From the NCBI RefSeq assembly GCF_963921235.1, contig NC_086097.1:141610001-141674000 (forward strand): a stretch of DNA of 64,000 nt. Reading direction: 5' to 3'. Origin of the DNA: Mobula hypostoma (Eukaryota). Positions within the stretch are counted from its first letter, which is position 1, and the number at the start of each line of letters is the position of its first letter. Both the position numbers and the translations under genes were made by a program. Shown one piece after another: positions 1 through 13,945 of the stretch. Below the pieces are notes generated by a model. The model made no database searches. It was not told where the DNA came from and worked only from the letters and a program-made list of their open reading frames with translations.

Positions 1-2466
1 AGGTCCCGGGAATTTATCCACTTTAATTTTCCTCAAGACAGCAAGGACCTCCTCCTTTTTGATCTGTACAGTTTCCATGATCTCACTACTTGTTTCCCTT
101 AATTCCATAGACTTCATGCCAGTTTCCTTAGTAAATACAGACGCAAAAAACCCATTTAAGATCTCCCCCATTTCCTTTGGTTCCGCACACAGCCGACCAC
201 TCTGATCTCCAAGAGGACCAACTTTATCCCTCACAATCCTTTTGCTCTTAATATACCTGTCAAAGCTCTTTGGATTATCCTTCACTTTGACTGCCAAGGC
301 AACCTCATGTCTTCTTTTAGCCCTCCTGATTTCTTTCTTAAGTATTTTCTTGCACTTCTTATACTCCTCAAGCACCTTACTTACTCCCTGCTTCCTATAC
401 ATGTCATACAACTCCCCCTTCTTCTTTATCAGAGTTGCAATATCCTTTGAGAACCAAGGTTCCTTATTCCTATTCACTTTGCCTTTAATCCTGACAGGAA
501 CATACAAATTCTGCACTCTCAAAATTTCTCCTTTGAAGGCTTCCCACCTACCGACCACATCCTTGCCAGAGAACAACCTGTCCCAATCCACGCTTTTTAG
601 ATCCTTTCTCATTTCTTCAAATTTGGCCTTCTTCCAGTTAAGAACCTCAACCCTCTGACCAGATCTATCCTTGTCCATGATCAAGTTGAAACTAATGGTG
701 TTATGATCACTGGAACCAAAGTGCTCCCCTACACAGACTTCTGTCACTTGTCCTAACTCGTTTCCTAACAGGAGATCCAATATTGCATCCCCTCTAGTTG
801 GTCCCTCTATATATTGATTTAGAAAACTTTCCTGAACACATTTTACAAACTCTAAACCATCTAGACCCCTAACAGTATAGGAGTCCCAATCAATGTATGG
901 AAAATTAAAATCCCCTACCACCACAACTTTATGTTTCCTGCAGTTGCCTGCTATCTCTCTGCAAATTTGCTCTTCCAAGTCTCGTTGACTATTGGGTGGT
1001 CTGTAATACAATCCCACTAATGTGGCCATACCTTTCCTGTTTCTCAGCTCCACCCATAAGGACTCAGTAGACAAGCCCTCTAATCTGTCCTGCCTGAGCA
1101 CTGCTGTAATATTTTCCCTAACAAGCAATGCTACTTCCCCCACCTTTCATTCCTCTGCCTCGATCACATCTGAAACATCGGAACCCTGGAATATTAAGCT
1201 GCCAGTCCTGCCCCTCCTGTAGCCAAGTTTCACTAATTGCTATAACGTCATAATTCCACGTGTCAATCCACGCCCTCAACTCATCTGCCTTCCCCGCCAT
1301 ACTCCTAGCATTGAAATATATACACCTCAGAAGATTTTTACCACCACTCACAACCTTTCTATTAGCGGATTTGCTTGAACTTTTAACATCATTTATTTTT
1401 ACCCCAGCCACACTGTCAGCTCTGGCACTCTGGTTCCCATCCCCCTGCAAATCTAGTTTAAAGCCCCCCCCAATAGCATTAACAAACCTCCCTGAAACGA
1501 TATTGGTCCCCCTGTAGTTCAAGTGTAACCCGTCTCTCTTGTACAGGTCCCACCTGCCCCAGAAGATGTCCCAATTATCCTGAAATCTGAAACCCTGCTC
1601 CCTACACCAGTTCCTCAGCCACTTGTTCATCCTCCAGTGCATCTTATTCCTACCCTCACTGGCATGTAGCACAGGTAGCAATCCTGAGATTACCACCCTC
1701 GAGGTCCTGCTTTTCAACTTCCTACCAAGCTCTCTATACTCACTCTCCAGGACCTCCTCACTCTTCCTTGCTATGTCATTGGTACCAATGTGCACCATGA
1801 CATCTGGCTGATCACCCTCCCACTTCAGAATGTCATGCAATCGATCAGAGACATCCTTGACCCTGGCACCCGGGAGGCAACAAACCATCCTGGATTCTCT
1901 GTCACGACCACAGAACCTCCTATCTGCACCTCTAACTATCGAGTCCCCTATCACTACCGCTCTCCTCTTTTCCCCCCTCCCTTCTGCACTGCAGAGCCAG
2001 ACTCAGTGCCGGAGATCCGGCTACTGCAGCTTGTCCCAGGTAAGTCATCCCCCCCCAACAGTATCCAATGCGGTATATGCGGTATACTTGTTGTTGAGGG
2101 GAATGGCCACAGGGGAAACCTGCTCTGCCTGCCCTTTCCTCTTCCCTCGCCCGACAGTGACCCAATTTCCTGTCCTCTGCTCCTTTGGCGTAACTACCTC
2201 CCTGTAGCTACTATCTATAATCTCCTCATTCTCCCGAATGATCCGCAGGTCATCCAGCTCCTGCTCCAGTTCCCTAACGCAGTTTGTTAGGAGCTGCAGC
2301 TGGATGCACTTCTTGCAGGTGTCATTGTCAGGGACACCAGAGGGCTCCCTGACTTCCCACATCCTGCAAGAGGAGCATTCCAACATCCTGCCTGGCATTC
2401 TCTCTACGCTAGACAATCTGAATAAAAAACTTACCAGAACCTACCCTGGCCTCTGCCTGTTCTCGC
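1..2466 (-). mobile_element. Young CR1 LINE, 5' part: Zn-finger/coiled coil, SGNH esterase, APE endonuclease; continues beyond window start
   Basis: ORF 2045..2416 has CxxC..CxxC plus a coiled coil; ORF 1118..1954 has GDS, GTND and DGLH blocks then 'CIYFNARS..AISETW' (APE); 1-283 is nearly identical to 58019-58300. Confidence 0.93.
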
Positions 2467-3056
2467 CTTTAAACTAGATTTGCAGGGGGATGGGGACCAG
2501 AGTGCCAGAGCTGACAGTGTGGCTGGGGTGAAAATAAATGATGTTAAAAGTTCAAGCAAATTCGCTAATGTTGAAGAACTGCAATTTGTATTCACTTTGG
2601 AGGTTCCCATTACAGTCTGAAAAGAAAGTCTTCCCTTGCCAAATAATATATCAACACTGTTAAAATTACAAAACTGTAGGAATGGGAACATTCCATGTTT
2701 ATCTCATTATTACAGTCTATGCAAGGGAACTGAGATTATTCTTTAAATTATCTTGTTTCTTATAGAGATGATATTTAACTATGAAATGAACCAAAGCATA
2801 TTTTGATGTTTTGACACATTGATTTCATATTGGAAAACAAACTGAGTTTAACATTATCCTCATCCCTGAACCTTGATTTTCACTACTACATAGCTGATGA
2901 GTATATAGATCTGATCAGAAATGGAGCCAGCAGACAAATAATGCAACTGTACAAGTTCAGAAGTATTTCATCTCCTAATTAGAAAAGTATAGGAAATTCG
3001 AATCTCTTCATTACTAACAAAATCTATAAAGTGTTATATCAGATAAAGTGCTCTAC

Positions 3057-3164
3057 CTTGACGGGTAATCCTGCTTTGCTTGTTCAACATCATCAGGTCC
3101 CAGTAAATTTCGCCAGTGTTTTATTGCATTGTCTCTAAACAATGCTAATACCAATATTGGACCG
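3057..3164 (-). CDS. NME8: NME8-like exon: (S)GPILVLALFRDNAIKHWRNLLGPDDVEQAKQDYPS(S)
   Basis: Acceptor aattacag, donor gtagag; 108 nt, phase 2 to 2; typical NDK 'SGP....L..dNAi..WR.llGP....Ak...P.S' motif. Downstream exons lie outside the window. Confidence 0.9.
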
Positions 3165-4635
3165 CTGTAATTTACACAAATTATACATGATTTTATGAGC
3201 TTTAAATAAATCATTAACATTAGACCTTTATATTCATGACGCAGTTACCAAGAATGAAAAGTTACTTTATATGGGCAGTTTAAACAAGGAAAAGGAAAAA
3301 TTGCATTGATTTTAGTTTTCCACGTCATTAGGACTTTCCAAAGCACTTACAAAAAATTATGTGCTTTTGAAAAATAGTCACTGGATAATATAAAGAATGC
3401 AGCTGTTAAATTGCAATTAGCTCATGTATGCAAAGAAAACAATGTAATAATAACTAAATAATTGACTTTAAATATGGCTGTATTATTTAGTACATGCATA
3501 TTTGCAGTAGGAATAGTGAGAGTCATATGGAAAGAGAGGCTGAAAAAAGTTAGTGATGTGATGCTCTTGCATGCTGGATGTCTGTAGAATAGGCAGATTG
3601 TGGCATCAGTATAAGGTATGGAAAAATTAGAGTTCAGCGAGGTGGCGAACAACACATATTCAATTTATATGTAGCTAGGTGAGTATACGTGTTTAATTTA
3701 GTACCTTTTCTCCTTTTTGACATTTTCAGAGCTAATTTTTGCCCAGTATCCTCAAATATATGGGTCAAGAAATTCAATTTTGCTGCAGTTGCTATGGGAT
3801 ACTAAATGGGCAGTTAATTGACAAGGAGGTGGGTTGTACTTGCTTTCTTCCTGACACACATAGGGCTTCTAGCATTTTATATTTTTGTTTTAATTGCCTG
3901 CAGTGCAGTAATACAACAATCATAAAAATGTTTGATGTTAATCTTGATATTTCTCATATGTTTATTTTTATATTCACTTGATGTACGGTATCTTCAATGC
4001 ATTTTTTTGTTCTTTAAATCCATTTCAGTCTTGATGTTTTATAATTCATGCGTTATATCTCAACCCTCTTGTTTCCCATGGCTGCTTTATTTGGTAGGAA
4101 AGTTCTTTTTATCTGTGCCATATATTGATTTCTAATTAAACTACATAACTTCTGTTAAAAATATTTCTTAGCCTGCATTTTCAGTTTTATTTGATGAGTG
4201 AATCAAAAGTATAAAAGTGAAAATAAAAGGGAAGCAGGAAAGCAAAGAGTAGACATAAGAGCAGACATATTGATAAGTAAGACCAATGATACTCCAGAGC
4301 AGTTGTAAAAATACACAAAGAGCAAAATGTACAGAGTCAGAGGAATTTGTGTAAAGTTCTAAATTAGTATTTTGTGACAGTCTTCGGAAGGTAGGTAAAG
4401 TACTGATTTTTTAAAATTATTTTTTAAGGATATTTGAAGACCTAACATTTATTGTGCATTTCTAACTGGCTTTAAGTGTAATTACAAAAGTCCTAATTAA
4501 GATAAGTGAGTGTGAAATAATATAGGGATAAACATATTGAAAAGAAGTATTAAAAGTATTAAAGATAAAATGACATTCCGAAATGAAAAATATTCCTGAT
4601 GTGAAAAAAGAAAAGGGAAAAGACAATTTCTTTCT

Positions 4636-6290
4636 TTCTCTTTGATTGGGACAGGTTGCTTTCTTGCAAAGGTGTGCTTGATAAGTGGGAGGCCTTCAAA
4701 AGTGAAATTTTGAGAGTACAGAATTTGTATGTTCTTGTCTGAAAGAAAAGCAAGATTAATAGGTTTATAGAACCTTTGTTTTCAGGAGATACTGATGGCA
4801 TGGACCAGATAACAGAGTAGTGTTTGCTATCTTGAGGCAAATTAGGGTGGATAAATCCCCAGGGCCTGACCAGGTGATCCTTCGGTCCTTGTGGTAGGCT
4901 GGTGCAGAAATTGAAAGAGCCCTTGCTGAGATCTTTAAAATGTCCTTAGCAATGGGTGAGGTGCCAGACGATTGGAAGGTAGCTAATGTTGACCCTTTGT
5001 TTAAGAAAGGCTCTAAGAATAAGCTGGGGAAGTATAGGCTAGTGAGCCTTACATTAGTAGTGTGTAAGTTATTGGAAAGTATTCTAAGGTACCGAATATA
5101 TAAGTACCGAGACTGATTATGGATAGTCAATGTGGTTTTGTGCATAGTAGGTTGTGTGTAACCAATTTTACAGAATTTTCGAGGAAGTTACCAGGAAAGT
5201 TGATGAAGGCAAGGCAGTGGATATGGTCTACATGAACTTTAGCAAGGCCTTTGACAAGATCCCACATGGGAGGTTGGTCAAGAAGGTTCAGTCACTTGGC
5301 ATTCAGGATGAGTCAGTAAATTGGATTAGACTTTGGCTTCATGGGAGAAGCCCGAGAGCAGTAGTAGATGATTGCCTCTCTGACTGTAGGCCCATGGTGT
5401 GCAGCAGGGATTGGTGATGGGTCCATTTTTGTTTGTCATTTATATCTATGATCTGGATATTAATGTGGTTAACTGGATCAGCAAATTTCTGGATGGTGCC
5501 AAGATTAAGGGGGTAGTGGAGAGCATGTAAGGCTTTCAAAGCTTGCAACGGATCTGGACCAGCTGGAAAATGAGCTGAAAATGGCAAATGGAAATAACTG
5601 CATAAAAATTTGAGGTTTTGCACTTTGGGTGGACAAATAGTAGGGCATCAAGGAGTGTGGTAGAACAGAGGGATCTGGGCATAAAGATCCCCAATTCCTT
5701 GAAAGTGGTGCCTCAGGTAGTTAGGGTCATAAAGAGAGCTCTTGGCACATTGGCCTTCTTAAATCAAAGCATTTAGTATAGGAGTTGGATATTATGTTGA
5801 AGTTGTATAAAACATTAGTGAGGCCTAATCTGGAGCATTGGGCGCAGTTCTAGTCACCTACCTGCAGGAAAGATATCAATCAGATTGAAAGAGTGAAGAT
5901 AGTTCACAAGGATGTTGCCAGGACCTAAGTTAAGGGGAAAGGTTAAGAGGTTAGGACTTTATTCCCTGGGGCATAGGAGAATGATGGAATATTTGACGGA
6001 GATACATAAAATTATGAGGAGTATAGATAAGGCAAATGCAAACAGTCTTTTTCCACTGAGGTTGGGGTGAGACGAGAACTAGAGGTTATGGGTTAAGGGT
6101 GAAGGATGAAAGGTGAAATGTGATGAAAGATGAAGGGAATATGAGGGGGATGTTAAGAGTGTGGAGAAGCTGCCAGTGGAAGTGGTGGATGTGGATCCAA
6201 TTTAAACATTTAAGAGAGAATTGGATAAGAACATGAATGGCAGGGGCATGGAGGGAAATGGTCCAGATGCAGCTCAATGGGACTAGGCAG
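4636..6290 (+). mobile_element. Degraded CR1 LINE (ORF2 RT to 3' end, with internal deletion)
   Basis: ORF 5154..5417 'EEVTRKVDEGKAVDMVYMNFSKAFDKIPHGRL'; KSPGPD motif near 4853. Confidence 0.88.
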
Positions 6291-6339
6291 ATTATAAGTA
6301 GATGAGATGCAAAGACTCCATATAAGAAATACTGTTCAA

Positions 6340-7475
6340 AATATGGTGCTCTTACTTAACAAAGGAAATAACAGCAATGGACGTAATTTAAAGAAGATTT
6401 GCCAGGCGAATTGCTGGGATAAGTGAACCTCATGCAGTATGATAGAATAGGCATTTAGATATTTTCATTAGTGGGACAGTCTCAGTTAAGAGATTATAGG
6501 TTCAAGAAAATGGCTAATTAAAACTGAGATGCACATAAATTTATTCTCACAAAGGGGAGTCTCTCTTTTAATCTTGCACTAATGTCATTATGTTTATTTT
6601 GTTAAGTTTTGCAAATCTGTAAATTATGTATGATCAATGTCAACGTAAGTTTATTTTAACTTATGTTCACCCCAGGGAGTTGTGGTGATTAGATCATTAG
6701 AAGTGCTTAAAGTGGGTCTAGATTAATTTTTTAGACAATGGGAAATTAGCGTTATGGAGCAGTGCCACAAAAGAGGAATTGAGATCTAACTTAAATCAGC
6801 CATGGCCATTTTAAATAGGGGAACAGTCTTAAGAGGCCAGTTGTCCTATTCCTGCACCTGCAGTGCTTTCTTGTCTTGTGTACAAAACTATGAGGAGCAG
6901 AGATGGGATAGCTAGAAGGAAAGTACTCCTAAAAGCAGAGATGTCGAAAATTAGAGTTTCAGAGAGGAATTAAGGGGATCACCCAGAGGGTGGTTGGAAT
7001 CTAGAACATACTGGTCTCCTTAACTTAGAAAGAATGTGCTGAAACAGGAGAGGGTTCAAAGGAGGTTCACAAAAATGATTTCAGGATTGAATGGCTTGTC
7101 ACATGAAGAACATTTGACAGCCCTGTATTAACTAGAATTCAGAAGAATGAGGGGTGACCTAATTGAAACCTACTGAATGGTGAAAGGCCTTGATAGAGTT
7201 CCTTTCAGAATGGAGATGAGGAGGAATTTCTGTAGCAAGAGAGTGGTAAATCTGTGATCTTCTTTGCCACAAGCAGCTGTGGAGGCTAAGTCTTTATGTA
7301 TATTTAAGGCAGAGATTGATAGATCCTTGATTGGTCAGGCCATGTAAGGATAAGGGGACATAGCAGGAGATTTGGGGCTGAGAGGAAAATTGGATCAGTC
7401 ATGACGAAATGGCGGAGCAGACTTGATGGGCCAAATGGCCTAACTCTGCTCCTATATCTTATGGTCTTATGGTTA
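6340..7475 (+). mobile_element. Stack of old CR1 3'-end fragments
   Basis: RVQRRFT-like coding remnants; 3' UTR ending cttatggtcttatgg at about 7470. Confidence 0.75.
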
Positions 7476-7735
7476 TACTACCTGAAGTGAAGGCAGATAC
7501 TCTCACAACATGTAACATTTTTCTTCACATTTTTTATAGGTTGCAGTATAGGTTAACTTATTCATTTGTACTGAATCAATGTTGGATCATAGGCATATGG
7601 ATCAATTCTTGGATGACTGAGTGTAGGTAGTCTCTTGTATTCCGACTCAGCCAGGCATGTCACAGGTTTCCGGACCATGTTTTGAATATCTTTGATGTCT
7701 AATTTCATCCCCTGTATTTTATGACAAGAAATTAC

Positions 7736-7880
7736 CTTATCATATATTCCACAAATTCTGCAGGCAAGTCACTTTTCTCACTCAAGCTGTAAAATGCTGT
7801 CACTTGCCGCTCATTGAGAGTAATTTCTTTTTGCCGTCCAACAGTAAACCTAGCATTTGCGATCTCCTCCAATATCTCAG
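7736..7880 (-). CDS. NME8: NME8-like exon: (A)EILEEIANARFTVGRQKEITLNERQVTAFYSLSEKSDLPAEFVEYMI(S)
   Basis: Inside ORF 7732..8022; acceptor atttcctttag, donor gtaatt; 145 nt, phase 1 to 2; body of NDK2. Confidence 0.88.
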
Positions 7881-8139
7881 CTAAAGGAAATATTGCATAA
7901 ATCATTAAATACAGGACGTCCTCAGATAACAAAAGAGTTGCATTTTTACAAAATGTCCATGAATCTTTTTTGTCCATGTCAGAAAATGAATATATGCTGC
8001 CTGACCTGCTGAGTATTTCCACTATTTTCTGCTCAAAAATAATTTCAAATTAGTGAAACAGTCAGATTTTAACATAGTCTAGTTAATTGGTAAACTGGAT
8101 TGGATTTTTAAGATAATTTGGTGACATATTGTTACATTT

Positions 8140-8460
8140 GTAGAGCCACTGGCTCAGGACCAAAGACTCAGGTTTAATCCTGACCTCAGGTGCTGCCCGA
8201 GTGGAGTTTGCATGTTCTCCTTGTGATAATATGGGTTTCCTCATGTGTTCCATTTTCCATCCACATTCAAAAGATGTGTAGTTGGTAGATCAATTGACCA
8301 GTGCAAATTTCCTCTAGTTAGTAGATGGGAGGTAGAATCTGGGGGCATTGATGGGCAGTACAAAAAATGGGATTAACTGGAATTAGTACAAATGGATACT
8401 TGATCGTTGGTGCAGACTCGGCTGGCCAAATAGCCTGTTTCCACGCTGTATCTCTCTAAG
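8140..8460 (+). mobile_element. tRNA-derived V-domain SINE (HE1-like)
   Basis: B-box-like ggtttaatcc followed by gtggagtttgcatgttctcc...gggtttcctc; related copies at 26875 and 39535. Confidence 0.75.
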
Positions 8461-9557
8461 ATTTAATGGTAGTTTCAGGGGTATTATTACATGATCTACT
8501 TTGAATTTGTTTATTAACTATATTTACTAACACAATTGATAGCTGGGTTTCCATGTACTGTATAACCTAGGCTTCTCTCTGAAGGTTTTCCAGAACATGG
8601 ACCATAGAACAGTAGAGGGCAGGAAGAGGCATTTTGACCCACAATGTCTGTGCCAATCATAATGCCATATTAAACATGCTCAAACTAGGACCACTCAATT
8701 GTACAATTTAATACATCAAGAAAATCTATGTTATGATGACGTCAGAGTCCCAAAGTTTTGGATTTCTTAAGCATTGTCATTTTGTTATCAACAACATGTC
8801 GATACCAAATTTAGAAGTGAAAAAGACTATTTTCCTGTATAAGGTTGTGTTCCGAAATTTTACTAATTAACATAGAACATAGAATACTGAACACGACAGC
8901 ACAATACCATCTTTTCAGACCATGATGTTGTGCCAGCCTTATAGATAACTCTAAAATCAATCTAATTCTTCCTGCCTATATTTTTCTATCATCCATGTGC
9001 CTATCTAAGAACTTCTTAAACGTCCCTAATGTATCTGCCTCTACTACCACTCCTGGCAGGAACTTCCACGCATCCACCACTCTGCAAAAAAAATTACCTT
9101 TGATATCCCCCTATATGTTCCTGCAATCACCTTAAAATTATGCCCCTTGTGCTAGCTATTTTTACCTGGTAATGGTCTCTGGTTATCCACCTAATCTATG
9201 CCTTTTATCATCTTGTACACCTCTATCAAGTCACCTCTCATCCTCTTTCACTACAAAAAGAAAAGACCATCAGACCATAGGATATAGGAGCAGAATTAGG
9301 TCATTTGGCCCATTGAGTCTGCTCCACCATTTTATCATGGCTGATCCATTTTTCTTCTCAGCCCCAATCTCCTGCCTTTTCCCCATATCCCTTCATGCCC
9401 TGACATAGCTTGCTCAACCTGTCTTCATAAGACATGCTCTCTAATTCAGGTAGAATCCTTGATAAAACTCTTCTGCACCCTCTCTAAAGCTTCTGCATCC
9501 TTTCCATAATGATGTGAGTAGAATGGAATACAATATTCCAAGTGTTGTCTAACTAGG

Positions 9558-10290
9558 GTTCAAAGTTCACGGTAAATTTATTATCAAAGTATGTACTGTA
9601 TACATCACAATATACAACCCAGAAATTCATTTTCTTATGAGCATTCACAGTAAATACAAAGAAACAAATAGTAATAATAATAAATAAGCAATAAATATTG
9701 AAACATGAGATGAAGAGTCCTTAAAAGTAAGTCCATTGGTTATGGGGACAGTTTAGTGTTGGGGTGAGTGAAAATGAGTGAAGTTATCCCCTGTGGTTCA
9801 ACAGCCTGACGGCTGAGGGGTAATAACTATTCCTGAACCTGGTATTTTGGGTCATAAGGCTCCTGTACTTTCTTCCTGATCACAGAGCGGGAAGAAAGCA
9901 TAGCCTGGATGTTGGGGGTTCCTTGAAGATGGATGCTGCTTTCTTGCGACAGCACTCCATGTAAATGTACTCAATGGTGGGGAAGGCTTTAAGCATGATA
10001 GTCTGGGCTGCATCCACTACTTTTCCATTCAAGGGTATTGGTGTTTCCATAACAGGCCATGATGCAACCAGTCTCCATGACACATCTATGGAAGTTTGTC
10101 AAAGTTTTAGATGACATGCTGAATCTTTGCAAACTTCAATGAGAGTAGAGGCACTGCTGCGCCTACTTTGTAATAACACTTATGTGCAGGACCAGGACAG
10201 ATCCTCTGAAATAATAACATTTAAAGTTATTGACCCTACTGTCTTCTGATCCCCAGATTAGGACTTGCTCATGAACCTCCAGCTTCCAGC
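9558..10290 (-). mobile_element. Rex/Babar-type LINE 3' fragment
   Basis: ORF 9880..10083 'KVVDAAQTIM...CRKKAASIFKEP'; tail reads aaagttca..aaatttattatc on +. Confidence 0.75.
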
Positions 10291-11828
10291 TACTGATATC
10301 AGACTCACTGGACTATAAATATGCCGCTTATCACTGCTGCCCTCCCTTGTTAAAGGTACCACAATTGCTGTCCTTCAGGTATCTGGCTACTCCTCCATGC
10401 TTGCCAGATATCTGAAGGACAGGAAATGAGGTATATTCTCTGGCTGTCCACTCCATCTGTAATTGATATAGGTATCATTAATTCTGGATGAAGAGTCTCA
10501 GCCCAAAATCTGGATTGTTTATTCCTCTCCAAAGACCTACCTGACCTACTGAGTTCCTCTAGTATTTTGTGTGTCTTGAATTCAATCCCCAACTAATGAA
10601 AGACAACACACCATACAGTAGACCTTCTTAACCATCCTATCAATTTGTGCGGCAACTTTGAGAGATCTATTTTCATGGACCCCAAAATCCTTCTGTTCCT
10701 CCACACTATTAAGAATCCTGCCTGTAGTGGTGATTTTAAAACAAACCAAAACTGCTGATAGACTAAGTCAGGAATTCAACACTGTATTACGTGCTTCCAA
10801 ACCACGAAGTTCCAAAATCAAAAAAAAGTACTTTTGATCATTTATTACAAACCCTGCAAAGGTGAACAATCTAAAAGCGATTAAAAAATAATAAAACTAA
10901 ATTAGCGATATAATGATCTTAGCATTCAAATCAGCGTAACCAAGCATTCTAATTAGTCATATCAGAATTAGCATTCTATACATATTTAAGTGGAGTGAGT
11001 GATCTAGTTAGCATTCCAATAACATCCCAATTAATGGTCAACAAAACAAAATCATTCTCCTTGGCTCAACCCCTCCTCACTAGACTAAACTAAACAACTA
11101 AGAAAAAACGAGAATATGTAACTAAACTCACTTGCTTCATTCACACCCCAAACCATTTGACAGATTACCCTAATAAACGCGCCACAAAATACAATACAAA
11201 CAGAAAATAGATACATGGTTCCTTCATCCCAGCCCCTTAATTATTACACAGCAATAATTAAAACCCAATGATATCCATTTCTGCCTTTCTGAGCTCCTCC
11301 GCTGTGAGACAATCTTGGCTGATCTGACATTTGCTCTTCCCAATCTCTCTCTTCAAAGTATATAATTCTTGTTCTTTATCCAAGTCAGACCGAGCAAGAG
11401 CAATGTTCAAATGCTTCCTCTTCCAACTAATAAACAAGAGCAAGTTCATAAATCTAAGAATCCAGGCCATTCTCTTCCTCAAAAGGGTTCCAGATGAGAA
11501 GAGATGGATTATACATGTTACTGTGTCCACCTGCTCTTCAATCTACTTGGCATTCATTGTAACACACCTCTTGACTTCCAGATCATCTAGGAAGAGTTCT
11601 CCAGAACAATTGGGATTCACTGACCATTTGTTTGAGGCTGAAGGAGATACTGAGGCCCTGACACCCATGTCTCATTCATCAGGAATGCGTTCACCTTCCA
11701 CCTTCAAGACACTACATCTCCTGGCTTGCCTGAAGCATATACATACCTCCATTGAGAAGCTTGTGTGACCTTAAAAAACTCTGAAACTCTGTTTGCGACA
11801 AAGCTTTGAAATCTGAAAGTTCCATTTT

Positions 11829-13060
11829 TCATAGAAACCATAGAAACTACAGCACAGAAACAGGCCTTTTGGCCCTTCTTGGCTGTGCCGAACCATTTTC
11901 TGCTTAGTCCCACTGACCTGCACACGGACCATATCCCTCCATACACCTATTTATTCTTAAATGTTAAAAAAGAACCCGCATTTACCACCTCATCTGGCAG
12001 CACATTCCATATTCCCACCACTCTGTGTGAAGAAGCCCCCCCTAATGTTCCCTTTAAACTTTTCCCCCCTCACCCTTAACCCATGTCCTCTGGTTTTTTT
12101 CTCCCCTTGCCTCAGTGGAAAAAGCCTGCTTGCATTCACTCTATCTATACCCATCGTAATTTTATATACCTCTATCAAATCTCCCCTCATTCTTCTACGC
12201 TCCAGGGAATAAAGTCCCAACCTATTCAATCTTTCTCTGTAACTGAGCTTCTCAAGTCCCGGCAACATCCTTGTAAACCTTCTCTGCACTCTTTCAACCT
12301 TATTTATATCCTTCCTGTAATTTGGTGACCAAAACTGAACACAATACTCCAGATTCGGCCTCACCAATGCCTTATACAACCTCATCATAACATTCCAGCT
12401 CTTATAGTCAAAACTTTGATTAATAAAGGCCAATGTACCAAAGGCTCTCTTTACAACCCTATCTACCTGTGACGCCACTTTTAGGGAATTTTGTATCTGT
12501 ATTCCCAGATCCCTCTGTTCCACTGAACTCCTCAGTGCCTTACCATTAACCCTGTATGTTCTACCTTGGTTTGTCCTTCCAACATGCAATACCTCACACT
12601 TGTCTGTATTAAACTCCATCTGCCATTTTTCAGCCCATTTTTCCAGCTGGTCCAAGTCCCTCTGCAGGCTCTGAAAACCTTCCTCACTGTCTACTACTCC
12701 TCCAATCTTTGTATCATCAGCAAATTTGCTGATCCAATTTACCACATTATCATCCAGATCATTGATATAGATGACAAATAACAATGGACCCAGCACTGAT
12801 CCCTGTGGCACACCACTAGTCACAGGGCCTCCACTCGGAGAAGCAATTCTCTATTACCACTCTTTGGCTTCTTCCATTGAGCCAATGTCTAATCCAATTT
12901 ACCACCTCTCCATGTATACCTAGCGACTGAATTTTCCTAACAAACCTCCCATGCGGGACCTTGTCAAAGGCCTTACTGAAGTCCATGTAGACAATATCCA
13001 CTGCCTTCCCTTCATCCACTTTCCTGGTAACCTCCTCGAAAAACTCCTATAGATTGGTTA
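11829..13060 (-). mobile_element. Young 5'-truncated CR1 (RT to 3' tail)
   Basis: ORFs 11990..12823 (GVPQGSVLGP, FADD) and 12816..13019; near-identical to the copy at 56477-58300. Confidence 0.95.
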
Positions 13061-13945
13061 ATAGATTGGCGTGGGTGGGACAGGCGGATACAAAGTTGTG
13101 AACATCCTGGGACATAGTTGGCCACTAAAATTGTCTCTTTATAAACTCCTGAATCCAATGAATTCCCAGGTACTCAGCCAGACGAGAGGAGTGACCCCAT
13201 TCCAACACTTTGAACGCACCGCAGCAGGGATAAACAGCCAGTTGGGAGGAACCCCATCCGGGCCTGGATCTGGTTGTTGGGTGGCCCTCACCTCTGCCTC
13301 TATTCCCCAGATCACCTGAGCAGCGATACATGAGTGAGGAAGAATGGACTCTGGATCAGTATTGTCCTCAGATCTGTCAAACTGCCGGGAGGATGATAAG
13401 TGAGGACGAAAATGAACCGTGTGAAGAAGAGAGCCCACCGGACTTGACGAGAGTTGAGTCTCTTAGCATCCTGGATTTAAGGGAGGTTCTTGTGATTTGT
13501 CCAGACCAAGAATGGATGCTCTGTTCCCTCCAGCCAGTGTTGCCATTCTTCCAGGGCCTCCTTGACAGCCAGAAGCTCCCAGTTCCCAAAGTCGTAATTC
13601 TCGGCCGGAGTCAAGCAATGGGAAAGAAAGGCACAGGGGTGCAGCCGGCTATCTGCAGATGAGCGCCGAGAGAGGGCAGCTCCAATGCCTACATCGGATG
13701 CATCCACCTCGACAATGAATAGCTGAGATGGGTCTGGGTGTTACAGCAGTGGGGCAGTGGTGAAATGTCGCTTTAGCTTGGAAAATGCTTGGTTGGCTTC
13801 GTCCATCCAGTGGAATCCTGACGAGATCTCCTTGGTGAATGCATTAATTGGAGCCATGATAAAGCCAAAATTCCAGATGAAGCGGCAATAAAAGTTCACA
13901 AACCCCATGAAGCGCCGTACCTGTTTGTCTGTAGATGGTTTGGGG

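Noticed and set aside
242..658. Hydrophobic 138-aa ORF as a membrane protein
   Set aside because: Antisense frame of the purine-rich CR1 ORF2.
7881..8022. N-terminal part of ORF 7732..8022 as coding
   Set aside because: Lies upstream of the splice acceptor and overlaps a Penelope-end repeat; intronic read-through.
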